A stretch of DNA of 62,980 bases from an uncultured virus (IMG/VR IMGVR_UViG_3300020416_000657) (IMGVR_UViG_3300020416_000657), one strand, 5' to 3'; numbered from the stretch's first letter, positions 45,305 through 55,732 are shown. Notes: generated from the sequence alone by a model not told the origin. Numbers and translations: made by a program.

Positions 45305-45914
45305 TGTAGAAAAAGAGATACCACTAAATAAAAAGATTGCGGTTTTAGTTAGTGGTGGATGGGATAGTGCCGTTCTATGGTATCTAGTGAAATCCGTATG
45401 TATTGAACGCAATCAAGAATGTGAACCCTTTACTGTTCCAAAACTAGATGGTGCTGAGTATTACGCTAATCTGGTCTTAGAATGGTCTTCTGAGCGTCTA
45501 GGACACGCTCTAATGAGAACAACCATCGTAGGTGATATATCATCCGATAATCCCTCTGATTATGTTTTAAGTGGTGGTTATGAGATATGGAATGAGGGAT
45601 TGGCGGAACACTTGTTTAGTGCGGTAAACATGTATCCACCGAATCAAAGGTCTCTCATGCCTGAAGGGTATCCTCTACCCAATGACAGATTTGTTAAGAC
45701 AGAGGAACATACTCATTTAAGTCAGCCATTCGCTGACTTGACAAAAGACAAAATTATACAATTAGGATTTGATTTAGGTATAGCGAATGAGATTGCGCCC
45801 ATTACGCATAGTTGTACCGAATTGGACAGGGGCAGATGTAATAACTGCTGGTGGTGTAAAGAAAGAGAATGGGCATTTAAAGAAACAGGACAGGTAGATA
45901 TTGGAGAGAACTAA
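45270..45914 (+). CDS. QueC-like PP-loop ATPase
   Basis: SGGWDS, PF..LTK, THSC...CNNCWWCKER. Confidence 0.75.
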   Translation: MMVKTVLHVKDDVEKEIPLNKKIAVLVSGGWDSAVLWYLVKSVCIERNQECEPFTVPKLDGAEYYANLVLEWSSERLGHALMRTTIVGDISSDNPSDYVLSGGYEIWNEGLAEHLFSAVNMYPPNQRSLMPEGYPLPNDRFVKTEEHTHLSQPFADLTKDKIIQLGFDLGIANEIAPITHSCTELDRGRCNNCWWCKEREWAFKETGQVDIGEN

Positions 45915-46903
45915 TGACCCCTAAACAAGATTTAACAAGTAAAAGAGAATATTTTAAACCATTTAACTATCCTTGGGCATACGAGGCGTGGTTGAAACAC
46001 GAGCAATCTCATTGGTTGCATACTGAAGTACCGATGGCAGAAGATGTAAAAGATTGGAAGGAACGATTATCACAAGAAGAGAAAGCATTTCTTACTAATA
46101 TATTTCGATTCTTCACACAGGGTGACATAGATGTGGCAGATGGATATGTGACTAACTATCTGCCATATTTTCCGCAACCAGAAATACGAATGATGTTATC
46201 TGGTTTCGCCGCTAGAGAAGCACTACATGTTGCCGCCTACTCACACCTTATTGAAACTCTTGGGATGCCCGAGAGTACATATAGTGAGTTCTTGGAGTAT
46301 GAGGCAATGGCAGACAAACACGAATACTTTATGGATTTATCAAAAGCAAATGGAACCGCAGAGAGTGTTGCCACTAATATTGCCGCCTTTAGTGCATTTA
46401 CTGAGGGTATGCAGTTGTTTAGTTCTTTCATTATGTTGTTGAACTTTCCGCGTCATGGTAAGATGAAAGGGATGGGTCAGATTATTACATGGTCTATTGT
46501 AGATGAGACTATGCACGCTGAGTCTATGATTAAGTTGTTTAGGACATACATAGAAGAAAACAGAACACTATGGAAAGATTCTCTCAAAAGAGAAATATAC
46601 ACTATTGCTGAGAACATGGTAGAACTAGAAGAAAAATTTATTGACCTTGCATTTGCTATGGGCCCAATGGAGGATTTAGAACCAGAGGATGTTAAAACAT
46701 ACATTCGATATATCGCAGACAGGAGATTGATTAGTTTAGGTATGAAAGGTATATTCAAGGTAAAAAGAAATCCTTTGTTGTGGGTAGAAGAAATGATTAA
46801 TGCACCTACACATACAAACTTTTTTGAAAATAGAGCAACCGATTATGCGAGGGGGGCGCTTCAAGGAAAGTGGGATGATGTTTGGGGGACAGCAGTAGCA
46901 TAA
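45914..46903 (+). CDS. nrdB: Ribonucleotide reductase class I beta subunit
   Basis: FFTQGD, EALH..AY, EGMQLFSSF, DETMH, NFFE.R. Confidence 0.97.
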   Translation: MTPKQDLTSKREYFKPFNYPWAYEAWLKHEQSHWLHTEVPMAEDVKDWKERLSQEEKAFLTNIFRFFTQGDIDVADGYVTNYLPYFPQPEIRMMLSGFAAREALHVAAYSHLIETLGMPESTYSEFLEYEAMADKHEYFMDLSKANGTAESVATNIAAFSAFTEGMQLFSSFIMLLNFPRHGKMKGMGQIITWSIVDETMHAESMIKLFRTYIEENRTLWKDSLKREIYTIAENMVELEEKFIDLAFAMGPMEDLEPEDVKTYIRYIADRRLISLGMKGIFKVKRNPLLWVEEMINAPTHTNFFENRATDYARGALQGKWDDVWGTAVA

Positions 46904-47085
46904 TGTCCAGACCATCGAAATATATAGAGTGCATCAATTGTGACGCTGTTTACAGAATTAAGTATGATATGTCTGACTCGCATTACCGTATTTCATATTG
47001 TACATTTTGTGGTGGTGACTTAGAACTTGAAGAAGAACTAGAACAAGAGGATTGGGATAAAGAAGAGATTGTTGAGGATTGGTAA
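46903..47085 (+). CDS. Small zinc-ribbon protein
   Basis: CINC...CTFCG plus acidic tail. Confidence 0.7.
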   Translation: MSRPSKYIECINCDAVYRIKYDMSDSHYRISYCTFCGGDLELEEELEQEDWDKEEIVEDW

Positions 47086-47519
47086 TGGATAAATTTGATA
47101 AAGCGCATATGCGAACAGCAAATGTATATGCAAGATTGTCACCAGCAAAACGATTAAAAGTTGGTACAATTTTAGTAAAAGAAGGTAGAATAATTTCTAT
47201 AGGATATAATGGCACACCGTCTGGATGGAGTAATGAGTGTGAATACCCGAGCAAACGAGGTGCATTGACAGGGAATGTTATAGAGTTAAAGACTAAACCA
47301 GAAGTACTACACGCAGAGACAAACGCAATTGCTAAGGTGGCAAAATCTTCAGAGAGTTCTGAGGGTGCTACATTATATACCACACACGCACCATGTCTAG
47401 AATGTTCCAAGTTGATATATCAATCTGGTATCATATCAGTTTACTACGAAAAAGAATATAGAACACAAGATGGAATAAAATTCTTACAGAAATCTGGAGT
47501 ACATGTTAGGAAGATGTAG
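47085..47519 (+). CDS. cd: dCMP deaminase
   Basis: GYNG, HAETNA, PCLEC. Confidence 0.93.
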   Translation: MDKFDKAHMRTANVYARLSPAKRLKVGTILVKEGRIISIGYNGTPSGWSNECEYPSKRGALTGNVIELKTKPEVLHAETNAIAKVAKSSESSEGATLYTTHAPCLECSKLIYQSGIISVYYEKEYRTQDGIKFLQKSGVHVRKM

Positions 47520-48635
47520 ATGTGGAACTACTATGATGTTAACTCTATGACCATAGAACTATCTAGTCTATGTAATGCCGCTTGTCCGTGGTGTCCTAGA
47601 TACGAAGATTTTTCTAAAGTAGTTAACAGACAACTAGAACCACAGTATATAACTATTGACCAGTTTAAAGAGTGGTTTCCACCAGATTTTATGTCCAGAA
47701 TAAAACTATGGGCATTTACAGGGGATTATGGTGACGCTGGTACTAATCCAGATTTACCAGACATTATAAGACACATATATGAACACAACCCCAATGCTCA
47801 ACTATCGATGAACACTAACGGTGGTATGAGAACACCAGAGTTTTGGGGGTTACTTGGTCAGTTGTTTTCTAGAAAGGAACACAACAATATGATATTCTCA
47901 ATAGATGGACTTGAGGATACGAACCACATATACAGGAGAAATGTTAGGTGGAACAAACTAATGGAAAATGTTCTCGCGTTTCTGGATGCTGGTGGTAAGG
48001 CGACATGGGAGTGTTTGGTATTCCAACATAACCAACACCAGATAGATGAGATAAGAGATTTAGGAAAACACATGGGGTTTTCTGAGGTGCATTTTAAAAT
48101 GCCAAAAGGATTTGAGAAAGATAATATAAGAGTAAAAGATAAGAAAGGTGAATACCTCTATACAATATATCCTACTAGTGAAGACCAGATATCAAAAGGA
48201 TATCCAGATTTACACGGTAAGAAGGCAGAAGACTTAGATTATGAAGAAATTAGAGATGATATGGAGTCATATTATTCTAATGAACAGGGGGAAATAAAAT
48301 GTTTTTCCCAAAGAGATGACTTGACAGAATTAAAGATAACATCGTGGGGTACTGTATATCCATGTTGCCATTTTGGACACATATCTAAACATCAACGAGA
48401 GAATCAACAGTACTATAAAGCTCAACTTATCGACATATTCAAGGATAAAAATATATCTCTCAAGTCAAGAACATTAAAAGATATATTGGATGATGACCCA
48501 TTCAATTGGATTTACAATAGTTGGAAAAAGAAATCATGTCTGGCATGTTGGTCAAATTGTGGTGTGTCAGAAAGTAAACAACCAATAATGCAACAGATAT
48601 TTAATAAGGAAGGGAAGTTATATGGCACAACATAA
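47520..48635 (+). CDS. Radical SAM protein with SPASM/twitch-like C-terminus
   Basis: CNAACPWC, TNGG, FSIDG, VYPCC, CLAC..NC. Confidence 0.9.
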   Translation: MWNYYDVNSMTIELSSLCNAACPWCPRYEDFSKVVNRQLEPQYITIDQFKEWFPPDFMSRIKLWAFTGDYGDAGTNPDLPDIIRHIYEHNPNAQLSMNTNGGMRTPEFWGLLGQLFSRKEHNNMIFSIDGLEDTNHIYRRNVRWNKLMENVLAFLDAGGKATWECLVFQHNQHQIDEIRDLGKHMGFSEVHFKMPKGFEKDNIRVKDKKGEYLYTIYPTSEDQISKGYPDLHGKKAEDLDYEEIRDDMESYYSNEQGEIKCFSQRDDLTELKITSWGTVYPCCHFGHISKHQRENQQYYKAQLIDIFKDKNISLKSRTLKDILDDDPFNWIYNSWKKKSCLACWSNCGVSESKQPIMQQIFNKEGKLYGTT

Positions 48636-49242
48636 TGATATACGCGGATGGATGATGGACGGTGACTATAATGCCATAGAGAAGGTTTGTTCAGAGTTTC
48701 TAAATAGGGATTATGTCGAAGTATTTGAAATAGGAACCCTATATGGCAAAAGTGCCATTGCTTTTGATGACGCATTGAAAACTGTACCCCATCACATCAC
48801 CACAATGGATGTGTGTGAGGGTTGGATAGGGCCTTCAGATGAAATAATAGAGATGTTGGGACTAGATGACAATTTCAAGGCAATGCGTGATGCAAATAGA
48901 AGTACAGCAGAAGAACAGTTCGATGAGATACACACAAATATCTTGAATAGGGATATAACCTTTATCGATGATAAATGGGAACTTGGTTACGATTATCCAG
49001 TAGTCAGTCCCGATATAGTATTTTATGATGGTTCACATAGTTATGAGGAAACGAGAGATATTCTTCAATACTGGAGTGAGATTGCTGTTGAGGGAAAAGT
49101 ATTGGTAATTGATGATTACAATCATACACAATGGGAAGGACTCAAAAAGGCAGTAGATGAGTTTATAGATAAAACAGGGTGGGAGATAACTTCATACCCA
49201 GATTCAAAAATGATATCAATAAGGATAAACAATGATAGTTGA
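48622..49242 (+). CDS. Class I SAM-dependent methyltransferase (Methyltransf_24-like)
   Basis: EIGTLYGKS, YDGSHSYE, IDDY. Confidence 0.85.
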   Translation: MAQHNDIRGWMMDGDYNAIEKVCSEFLNRDYVEVFEIGTLYGKSAIAFDDALKTVPHHITTMDVCEGWIGPSDEIIEMLGLDDNFKAMRDANRSTAEEQFDEIHTNILNRDITFIDDKWELGYDYPVVSPDIVFYDGSHSYEETRDILQYWSEIAVEGKVLVIDDYNHTQWEGLKKAVDEFIDKTGWEITSYPDSKMISIRINNDS

Positions 49243-49951
49243 TTTTCACGGTTACGAATTGGAGTGCGATGAAACGGTATTCAGACCCACTACTATAAGC
49301 GAACTAACAGCACCAAGGATACCAGTAGAAGGTAAAAAGGTTTTAGACCTTGGATGTGGTGTTGGCCCATTATCGATATACTTTGCAAAGAATGGTGCCA
49401 AGTCTGTAACTGCTACCGATGTGTACGACAAACATATAGAATATACAAAGATAAACGCGGAAAAGAACGAGGTAGATATAGAGGTATTCCAGAGTGACAT
49501 CTTTGAAAATATTACAGATAAATATGATATCATTTGTTGTGATGTGTCTGGAGTAGACAGAAGAGTCGCAGAGATGACAGGTTGGTTCCCAGAAGGAGTG
49601 CCTACAGCAGATACTACAGGTTCCGATTTGATTTGTGAGGCAACCAAACACTCACCAGAATATTTGAATGAGGGTGGGGAGTTGTATATATGCACAACAT
49701 CATGGTCAGACTTACAAAAGATACAATTGATGATGATATTTACGCCACTCATGACTCAAGGAGAGGTTATATTCTCACAGGAGATTCCTTTTTCAAGACG
49801 ATTGATGGCAAACTTGGATAACTTAGACCCCAAACGAGGGGCAGTACCCACTACAGAACAATATTTTTACACGAAACAAGGCGATAGTTACATCAAGGAT
49901 GGTGATGACTATAGATGGAAGTTTAATCTATGGCGGATGGCAAGACTCTGA
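49232..49951 (+). CDS. Class I SAM-dependent methyltransferase (HemK/PrmC-like)
   Basis: VFRP, VLDLGCGVG, SDIF, L..GG.L; lacks NPPY. Confidence 0.8.
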   Translation: MIVDFHGYELECDETVFRPTTISELTAPRIPVEGKKVLDLGCGVGPLSIYFAKNGAKSVTATDVYDKHIEYTKINAEKNEVDIEVFQSDIFENITDKYDIICCDVSGVDRRVAEMTGWFPEGVPTADTTGSDLICEATKHSPEYLNEGGELYICTTSWSDLQKIQLMMIFTPLMTQGEVIFSQEIPFSRRLMANLDNLDPKRGAVPTTEQYFYTKQGDSYIKDGDDYRWKFNLWRMARL

Positions 49952-50244
49952 AGAAACTAGTTACTATATGGTTAATATTTTTGGGAGTAGTCATGTTGCC
50001 TATTCTACCATTTATACCATATTCTAATTGTTGGTATTACTCATTCAAGAGGTACATATTAGAAGGATTTAAAGGTAAGATTATTCCAGTTGCCAGTAGG
50101 CGGTGGAGAGGATACCATTGTGTTTATCAAGATGCAGATGGTCAGTTGTGGGAATACACAATGAAAAAGATGCCAAGGAGAATGCCTTGGTGGAGAATGT
50201 TTATCTACAAGGGAGTAGAAAGGAGATATCGTGGGAAGATTTAG
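49930..50244 (+). CDS. Hypothetical membrane protein
   Basis: N-terminal TM; 104-aa ORF. Confidence 0.65.
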   Translation: MADGKTLKKLVTIWLIFLGVVMLPILPFIPYSNCWYYSFKRYILEGFKGKIIPVASRRWRGYHCVYQDADGQLWEYTMKKMPRRMPWWRMFIYKGVERRYRGKI

Positions 50245-50413
50245 TGCGTGGTTGTATGAGAAAATGGAACCTTACAGGGAATGGCAAGATACTTTGCCTT
50301 TCTGGAAACGATTGTTAGTTGAGGTTATTGGAATTATAATAATAACATCGCCATTTATATTCATAATATGGTGGTTGACAGGAGAGGTATGGATATTCCT
50401 ACCTAGTGCTTAA
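50231..50413 (+). CDS. Small membrane protein
   Basis: RBS AGGAG, GTG start, one TM. Confidence 0.65.
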   Translation: MGRFSAWLYEKMEPYREWQDTLPFWKRLLVEVIGIIIITSPFIFIIWWLTGEVWIFLPSA

Positions 50414-50618
50414 CATGGCAAAGAAAACTAAACGAATAAATTTTAATAGAAAGAAACCAACAATCAAAACTGTACCCAAAGAAGAAGCATGGGAGAGATT
50501 ATGGGGTGATGAAAAGACCATAAATAGTAATTCCACAAGTGAGGAATTACCAGATGGTTATGAATGGAACGAAAAGAAAACGAAAATCATCCCGAAAGAA
50601 AGTACCGAAGACTCATAG
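50406..50618 (+). CDS. Hypothetical protein
   Basis: Coupled 70-aa ORF. Confidence 0.55.
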   Translation: MLNMAKKTKRINFNRKKPTIKTVPKEEAWERLWGDEKTINSNSTSEELPDGYEWNEKKTKIIPKESTEDS

Positions 50619-50919
50619 AGTTTATTGCACATACTTTCCAGATGGAAGATATTATATAGGTTACTCATGCAAGCCTGAGAAGTTGTATGAAAAATATTAT
50701 GGTAGTTCTAAGATAGTCAAAGAGTACGAAGGTGAACTGAGGAAAGAGACTATTGCGGAATTTGACCAAAGGGCTCCTGCCAAAATACAGGAATTTCTGT
50801 TACAATGGCAACAACGCAAAGACCCGAATTGTTTAAATGACATGATACACATAAGATTACGAATGAGTTATTTGACAGAGTTTGAGCCCGTAGAATGGAG
50901 GCCCAAATGGGACACTTAA
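50539..50919 (+). CDS. GIY-YIG-like nuclease domain protein
   Basis: RVY...YYIGYS...YYGSS...E...CLN. Confidence 0.65.
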   Translation: MRNYQMVMNGTKRKRKSSRKKVPKTHRVYCTYFPDGRYYIGYSCKPEKLYEKYYGSSKIVKEYEGELRKETIAEFDQRAPAKIQEFLLQWQQRKDPNCLNDMIHIRLRMSYLTEFEPVEWRPKWDT

Positions 50920-52265
50920 TAGGATTATTATTTTCAGCACTCGCAGTATCGGCAGTCGCCGCTTACTTCTCGATTGTTGGATTGATGGCAATTTTTAGTG
51001 GACTACCGCAGTCCATACTTGCCATGGGCGTAGTGTTGGAGATTGCTAAACTAGTAACTGCCTCTTGGGTATATCAGTATTGGAAGAAGACCTCTTTACT
51101 GATGCGAAGTTACATGGTATCTGCCGTAATTATATTGTCAGTTATTACATCTATAGGTATATTTGGATTCCTATCTAAGGCACACCTAGACCAATCCGCA
51201 TCTACAGGTGACGCGGTAGCACAGGTAGAAAGAATAGAAGACCTTATACAACGAGAGAACCTAAGAATCACCACAGCAGAGGAACAGATAGCCAGAATAG
51301 AATCTGGTGGTAGTCTGGATGTGTCAGAGAGTATCAAACAACAGGAAGAGATACGAGATACAGCATGGGACAGAATACAAGATGATGTAGAATATGCAGA
51401 GAACCAGATTGAAAAGATACGAGAAGGATTAGAATCAGATTTAAGTAAGAAACAATCTGAGTTAGATGCCCTTGATGCTATAGTAAAGTCATACACAGAC
51501 CAAGGGACAACCACACAAGATGCAGGCGCATTTCAAAGAGATATAGTAGTTGATAATGTAGCGAAAGGTAGACAAGTACGCGAGGAACAAAAACCAGAGA
51601 GAGACAGGATTGCTCTGGAGATGGGTGAACTGAGAGGATACGCGGAGACCCAGATTGCTGGGTATCGTAACCAAATAGGTGAGTACAGGGCCTCTGTACA
51701 GGATACCATTGATGGTGCGAACAGAGAGATAAACAGATTACGAGAACAGGGTGCTGATGACCAAGCATCCAGAGATGAACAAATTGACACTATACAAGAA
51801 AGAATTGATAGTGCATATGTAAAGATTGATGAGTACAACATAGAGTTGTTCGATAAACAATCTATTGTAAGGGACATAGAAAAAGAAGTTGGCCCGATTA
51901 AATATGTTGCCCAGTTGCTCTATGGTAACAGCGGTGCTGGTGCGGTAGATAATGCCGTCACACTTCTTATTTTATTACTAGTGTTTGTATTTGACCCATT
52001 GGCTATTGTGTTAGTACTTGCTGCCAACCTTAGTTGGAAGGAAAGACAAGGAGAACTCATAACACCAATGTCAGTTGATGAAACAGTAGTTGAAGAGCAA
52101 ATTATACCAGAAGCAGAACCAGATGGTATGCCTACCGATGATTTACCAGAGATGGATGATTGGGTGAAGGACAAGTATGGTACTAGTTCTGGAATGGAGA
52201 ACCTTTCCGATACCGATAAAAAGAAATTGGAATGGTTAATTGATAAAAAACGCAACACGGAGTAA
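50907..52265 (+). CDS. Membrane-anchored coiled-coil protein
   Basis: N-terminal TMs (AAYFSI.GL, LEIAKLV, GFLSKAH), EVGPIKY, VFDPLA. Confidence 0.8.
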   Translation: MGHLIGLLFSALAVSAVAAYFSIVGLMAIFSGLPQSILAMGVVLEIAKLVTASWVYQYWKKTSLLMRSYMVSAVIILSVITSIGIFGFLSKAHLDQSASTGDAVAQVERIEDLIQRENLRITTAEEQIARIESGGSLDVSESIKQQEEIRDTAWDRIQDDVEYAENQIEKIREGLESDLSKKQSELDALDAIVKSYTDQGTTTQDAGAFQRDIVVDNVAKGRQVREEQKPERDRIALEMGELRGYAETQIAGYRNQIGEYRASVQDTIDGANREINRLREQGADDQASRDEQIDTIQERIDSAYVKIDEYNIELFDKQSIVRDIEKEVGPIKYVAQLLYGNSGAGAVDNAVTLLILLLVFVFDPLAIVLVLAANLSWKERQGELITPMSVDETVVEEQIIPEAEPDGMPTDDLPEMDDWVKDKYGTSSGMENLSDTDKKKLEWLIDKKRNTE

Positions 52266-53856
52266 TGTGAAAAATATAGTAATGATTGCATTGGCGATGC
52301 TTAGTCTCGGCGCCTATGCAGAAGAAATAGAAGAGACTATCGTAATTGGTTCCAAAGTATATATTGGATACGCTGACCCAACATATGACAATAATCTTTT
52401 AGAGAGTATTGATTACACTAAAAGATATGTCGCTGGTGGCATGGGTGGATTTCATGGTATACAATTAAATGGTACTGATTCAAAGCATACCGCAGTATAT
52501 AAAAACGGTATGCCTGTCAATGACCCCAGTTCTGGGTGGTACGATTTTGGTAACGATTTACTAGCATTTCAAAACATAAAACTAATATCTGGGCCTAACA
52601 GCGTCCAATTTGGTAGTGGTTCTATGGCAGGAGTTGTTCTTATTGAGGATAACTTTGAAAGAAATCTAGTAGGTAGATTTGGTGAGAACGAATCATCATT
52701 AGTTGCCAGTTATGAGTGGTATCCGAATGTACATGAGGTAGGCGTACAAGTTGCCCACTATAATGGTACTACTGGTTCTGCTATGACATATAATAATGAG
52801 TCGGATTGGTATGAAAACACCACAGTAAAGTTTGCCTACGCGAATCAAAATGTTAAGGTAAATCTGGAAAGTATCAATTATGATTCTGATTACGACCAAT
52901 GCTGGTGGATGATGCCACCTAGTGAATGGGAAGATTGGATGTGTGATGTTAAGGGTAAGAAAGATACTATATCAATCAGAACCAAATATCTAGTCTTGGG
53001 ACATACCACAAACGAGGCGGAACATAATACTGGATATATTATGGAGTCAGATAGAAGTTATCTAGATTTCACAGTATATGAAAATCATGGTCATGTGCTA
53101 GGAGTAACAGCACAGACTGAGCATTATGACAAAGTAGATAGAGACTCATATTCAGCTTACTGGAACTGGGAAAACGATTTCATTGGGATTGGATATAAAT
53201 TTCTTGAGGGTACTGCTGCCTCAGCTGAACAACACATTGTGAGGGTTGGTATGGAGTGGCAAGACGCGAGATTTTCAATCGGGAATAGTTACAGACTGCC
53301 TAATCTATATGAACAGTTTGGTGATGGGTGGGTAACATCTAATCCATCATTACAACCAGAAGAGGGTATTGGCACAGAATTTGGATACAAGGATGTGTCC
53401 ATTTACTACTACGAATTTGATGAAGGTATCGACTTTGACTATAATAGATACCAATATGTGAATTCTGGTGAATATTCCACGCATGGAATCCGCTATCAAG
53501 ACCAAATTTTGCTTGACAATGGGTCTCTTTTCGTGTATACTGAGTACACAGAAACAGATAAGATTAGAATACCTAGATATAAAACTAAGATAAGTTACTG
53601 GACATCTGGACATATTGGTAGTTTACAATGGGATGCCGCTGTGGAGTATCTAGGAGAATTTGATAAGGGATTAGATTTTGACACAAGACGAATTGATGAT
53701 ATTAATACTGTCAGCTTTAAGTTTGGTATATACGCTACACCTAATCTCTATATAATGTTAGATATCGATGATATCTTTGATAACCATTTTGAGGTGATAC
53801 CAAGTTATGCTGCTGGTGGAAGAACAGTCAGACTCACATTTGACAGGATTTTATGA
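52240..53856 (+). CDS. TonB-dependent outer-membrane receptor-like protein
   Basis: Signal peptide, TonB box EETIVIG, plug motif GPNSVQFGSGSMAGVV, YRLPNLYE, NPSLQPE, DIFD...GRTVRL. Confidence 0.85.
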   Translation: MIKNATRSNVKNIVMIALAMLSLGAYAEEIEETIVIGSKVYIGYADPTYDNNLLESIDYTKRYVAGGMGGFHGIQLNGTDSKHTAVYKNGMPVNDPSSGWYDFGNDLLAFQNIKLISGPNSVQFGSGSMAGVVLIEDNFERNLVGRFGENESSLVASYEWYPNVHEVGVQVAHYNGTTGSAMTYNNESDWYENTTVKFAYANQNVKVNLESINYDSDYDQCWWMMPPSEWEDWMCDVKGKKDTISIRTKYLVLGHTTNEAEHNTGYIMESDRSYLDFTVYENHGHVLGVTAQTEHYDKVDRDSYSAYWNWENDFIGIGYKFLEGTAASAEQHIVRVGMEWQDARFSIGNSYRLPNLYEQFGDGWVTSNPSLQPEEGIGTEFGYKDVSIYYYEFDEGIDFDYNRYQYVNSGEYSTHGIRYQDQILLDNGSLFVYTEYTETDKIRIPRYKTKISYWTSGHIGSLQWDAAVEYLGEFDKGLDFDTRRIDDINTVSFKFGIYATPNLYIMLDIDDIFDNHFEVIPSYAAGGRTVRLTFDRIL

Positions 53857-53866
53857 GGTAGATTAC

Positions 53867-54913
53867 ATGCCAAAACTTTTTACGAATGGATGTTCGATTA
53901 CTCTTGGCGCTGAGTTAGGAGAAGAAACCAGAACATTCTGGCACAAAAGTACTGGCGAAAAAGGCATGGAATATCAGCATGTCGATACTGTTTATAGAAA
54001 CCGAGAAAGGTGGTCTACTAAACTTGCTGATAAGTTAAACATGGAACCAAAGAACCTTGCTAGGGGTGGTGGTTCTAATTGGCGTACATGGAGAACAACA
54101 CAAGACTATTTACTAGAGAATACTGTAGCTCTCGCGGTCATACAGATGACTGAACCCAGCAGATTCCAGATACCCATAAGTCTAGACTTTATAAAGAAAT
54201 GGAATCCATCAAAGGTAACACCCACCTTTGAAGATTGGGCTGGTGGTGGTATATATGGGCCAGGCGTAGATATGGGTGGCGGACATGAAGAATACAGCCA
54301 TTGGAATTGGGGTGAACAAAAACAATTAATGAGTTTTATGGGTGGAGACATACACGAAAGTCATTATAAGAATATGTCAGAAGAGATTACAGGATTCTTT
54401 TTAATCAACACCCAGATACAAAACTACTTTGACTATTTGAGACACATTTTATATTTGCACAACATGTTTGTATATTACAACATACCGCATTTGATTGTTG
54501 ATATGTTGGAAGGTATGACAATTTGTTCATTAATAAAAGAAGAGTTAGAAAGAATAACAGAGTTGCCTGAGGATGTGATGTTGCTGAAGTTGATGCAAAA
54601 CAAATGGGAGTTACCAGAAACTACAGGTGTATTTGACAAGGAGATAAGCGAACATTATGTTACATGGTTTAAATATGTGAAGAAATCTCATATGAGTAAA
54701 AAGTTTAACAAATTATATAATGCGGTGATAAGTTTGAAAGAATTTGATAATCACCCATACAGGAATTACTTTTCAAAGGTGACTAGAAACACACCACATG
54801 GAAGTAACGACATGTACATTGGTGAAATGCCTGGCGGTCATCCCAATGAACAATGTCATACATTATTCGCAGAGCGGATGTATAGTGAAATCATTAATAG
54901 GAGAATATTATGA
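53867..54913 (+). CDS. SGNH-like hypothetical protein (paralog 3)
   Basis: NGCSITLG, NLARGGGSN, TEPSR, GHPNE..H. Confidence 0.6.
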   Translation: MPKLFTNGCSITLGAELGEETRTFWHKSTGEKGMEYQHVDTVYRNRERWSTKLADKLNMEPKNLARGGGSNWRTWRTTQDYLLENTVALAVIQMTEPSRFQIPISLDFIKKWNPSKVTPTFEDWAGGGIYGPGVDMGGGHEEYSHWNWGEQKQLMSFMGGDIHESHYKNMSEEITGFFLINTQIQNYFDYLRHILYLHNMFVYYNIPHLIVDMLEGMTICSLIKEELERITELPEDVMLLKLMQNKWELPETTGVFDKEISEHYVTWFKYVKKSHMSKKFNKLYNAVISLKEFDNHPYRNYFSKVTRNTPHGSNDMYIGEMPGGHPNEQCHTLFAERMYSEIINRRIL

Positions 54914-55152
54914 GTAAATTGAATAGAGAACAACTAGTTGAAATGCTAGTAGATGGGAAAGCAATCATTTCCTACACCAAGAAGGACGGCACGGCAAGAG
55001 ATGTACACGCTACATTGATTCCAAGTCTAATTCCAGAGGTAAAGAACCCATCGCCAGTAAAAGACTCTCATTTGACTGTTTTCGACACAGAAAAACAGCA
55101 ATGGAGAACTTTATTGGTTGACCAAATAGGAAATATCGCCGTTTCAGCATAA
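54910..55152 (+). CDS. WYL_2/SH3-like small protein
   Basis: YTKKDGT.R...ATL...VFD.EK..WRT. Confidence 0.75.
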   Translation: MSKLNREQLVEMLVDGKAIISYTKKDGTARDVHATLIPSLIPEVKNPSPVKDSHLTVFDTEKQQWRTLLVDQIGNIAVSA

Positions 55153-55159
55153 AAAACGC

Positions 55160-55189
55160 TTGACACTTGGACTAGACTTGTGTTATCAT
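55160..55189 (+). promoter_or_regulatory. Sigma70-type promoter
   Basis: TTGACA-18-TATCAT with TG extension. Confidence 0.65.
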
Positions 55190-55219
55190 ATATACTATAT
55201 AACATAAAGGAGTCCAGTA

Positions 55220-55732
55220 ATGGCAAAAAGAATAACTAAGGACGATTTTCGTCCAGACAAACCGAAGCGTAGGCGTAGAAAACCTATGACTGAGGAACAG
55301 AAAGCTGCCGCTATTGAAAGACTAGCGAAAGCGCGTGAGGCGAGGTTGAAAAAGAACCCGCCCAAATTGAAGCATATACATCCAGATGTATTAGCGAAAC
55401 CCGATGACGATTGGTTATCATATAACAAGGTTAAGGGTTGGATTAAATACAACAAAGATATGATACCATCTCTTAATCAAGAGATAAGGGCAAATCAGAA
55501 GGGTGCTATTGCTAAACTTGAATCAGTAAAGGGTTACATTAGACAAATGGAAACTTATCTGAAGCATGGAGTATGGTTATCTAATTTCGCAGGCGAAGAC
55601 CAGAATAGGAAGGTAGTCTGGGAATGTGTTGTTCCAGCATACGATAAAGAAGGCAATATTAAACGCCAGAAAGGGGTATTTTACAAAGACCTTGGATTTG
55701 TATGGGGAGAGCAAGACGATGATATTGATTGA
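55220..55732 (+). CDS. Basic hypothetical protein
   Basis: RBS AAGGAG; RKPMTEEQK...ERLAKARE. Confidence 0.8.
   Translation: MAKRITKDDFRPDKPKRRRRKPMTEEQKAAAIERLAKAREARLKKNPPKLKHIHPDVLAKPDDDWLSYNKVKGWIKYNKDMIPSLNQEIRANQKGAIAKLESVKGYIRQMETYLKHGVWLSNFAGEDQNRKVVWECVVPAYDKEGNIKRQKGVFYKDLGFVWGEQDDDID

Noticed and set aside
19453..46903. Introns or inteins in gp43, gp41, nrdA or nrdB
   Set aside because: All are uninterrupted, of ordinary length, and show no splicing motifs
47520..48635. QueE assignment for the radical SAM gene
   Set aside because: It is longer than QueE and has extra C-terminal Cys clusters of SPASM/twitch type
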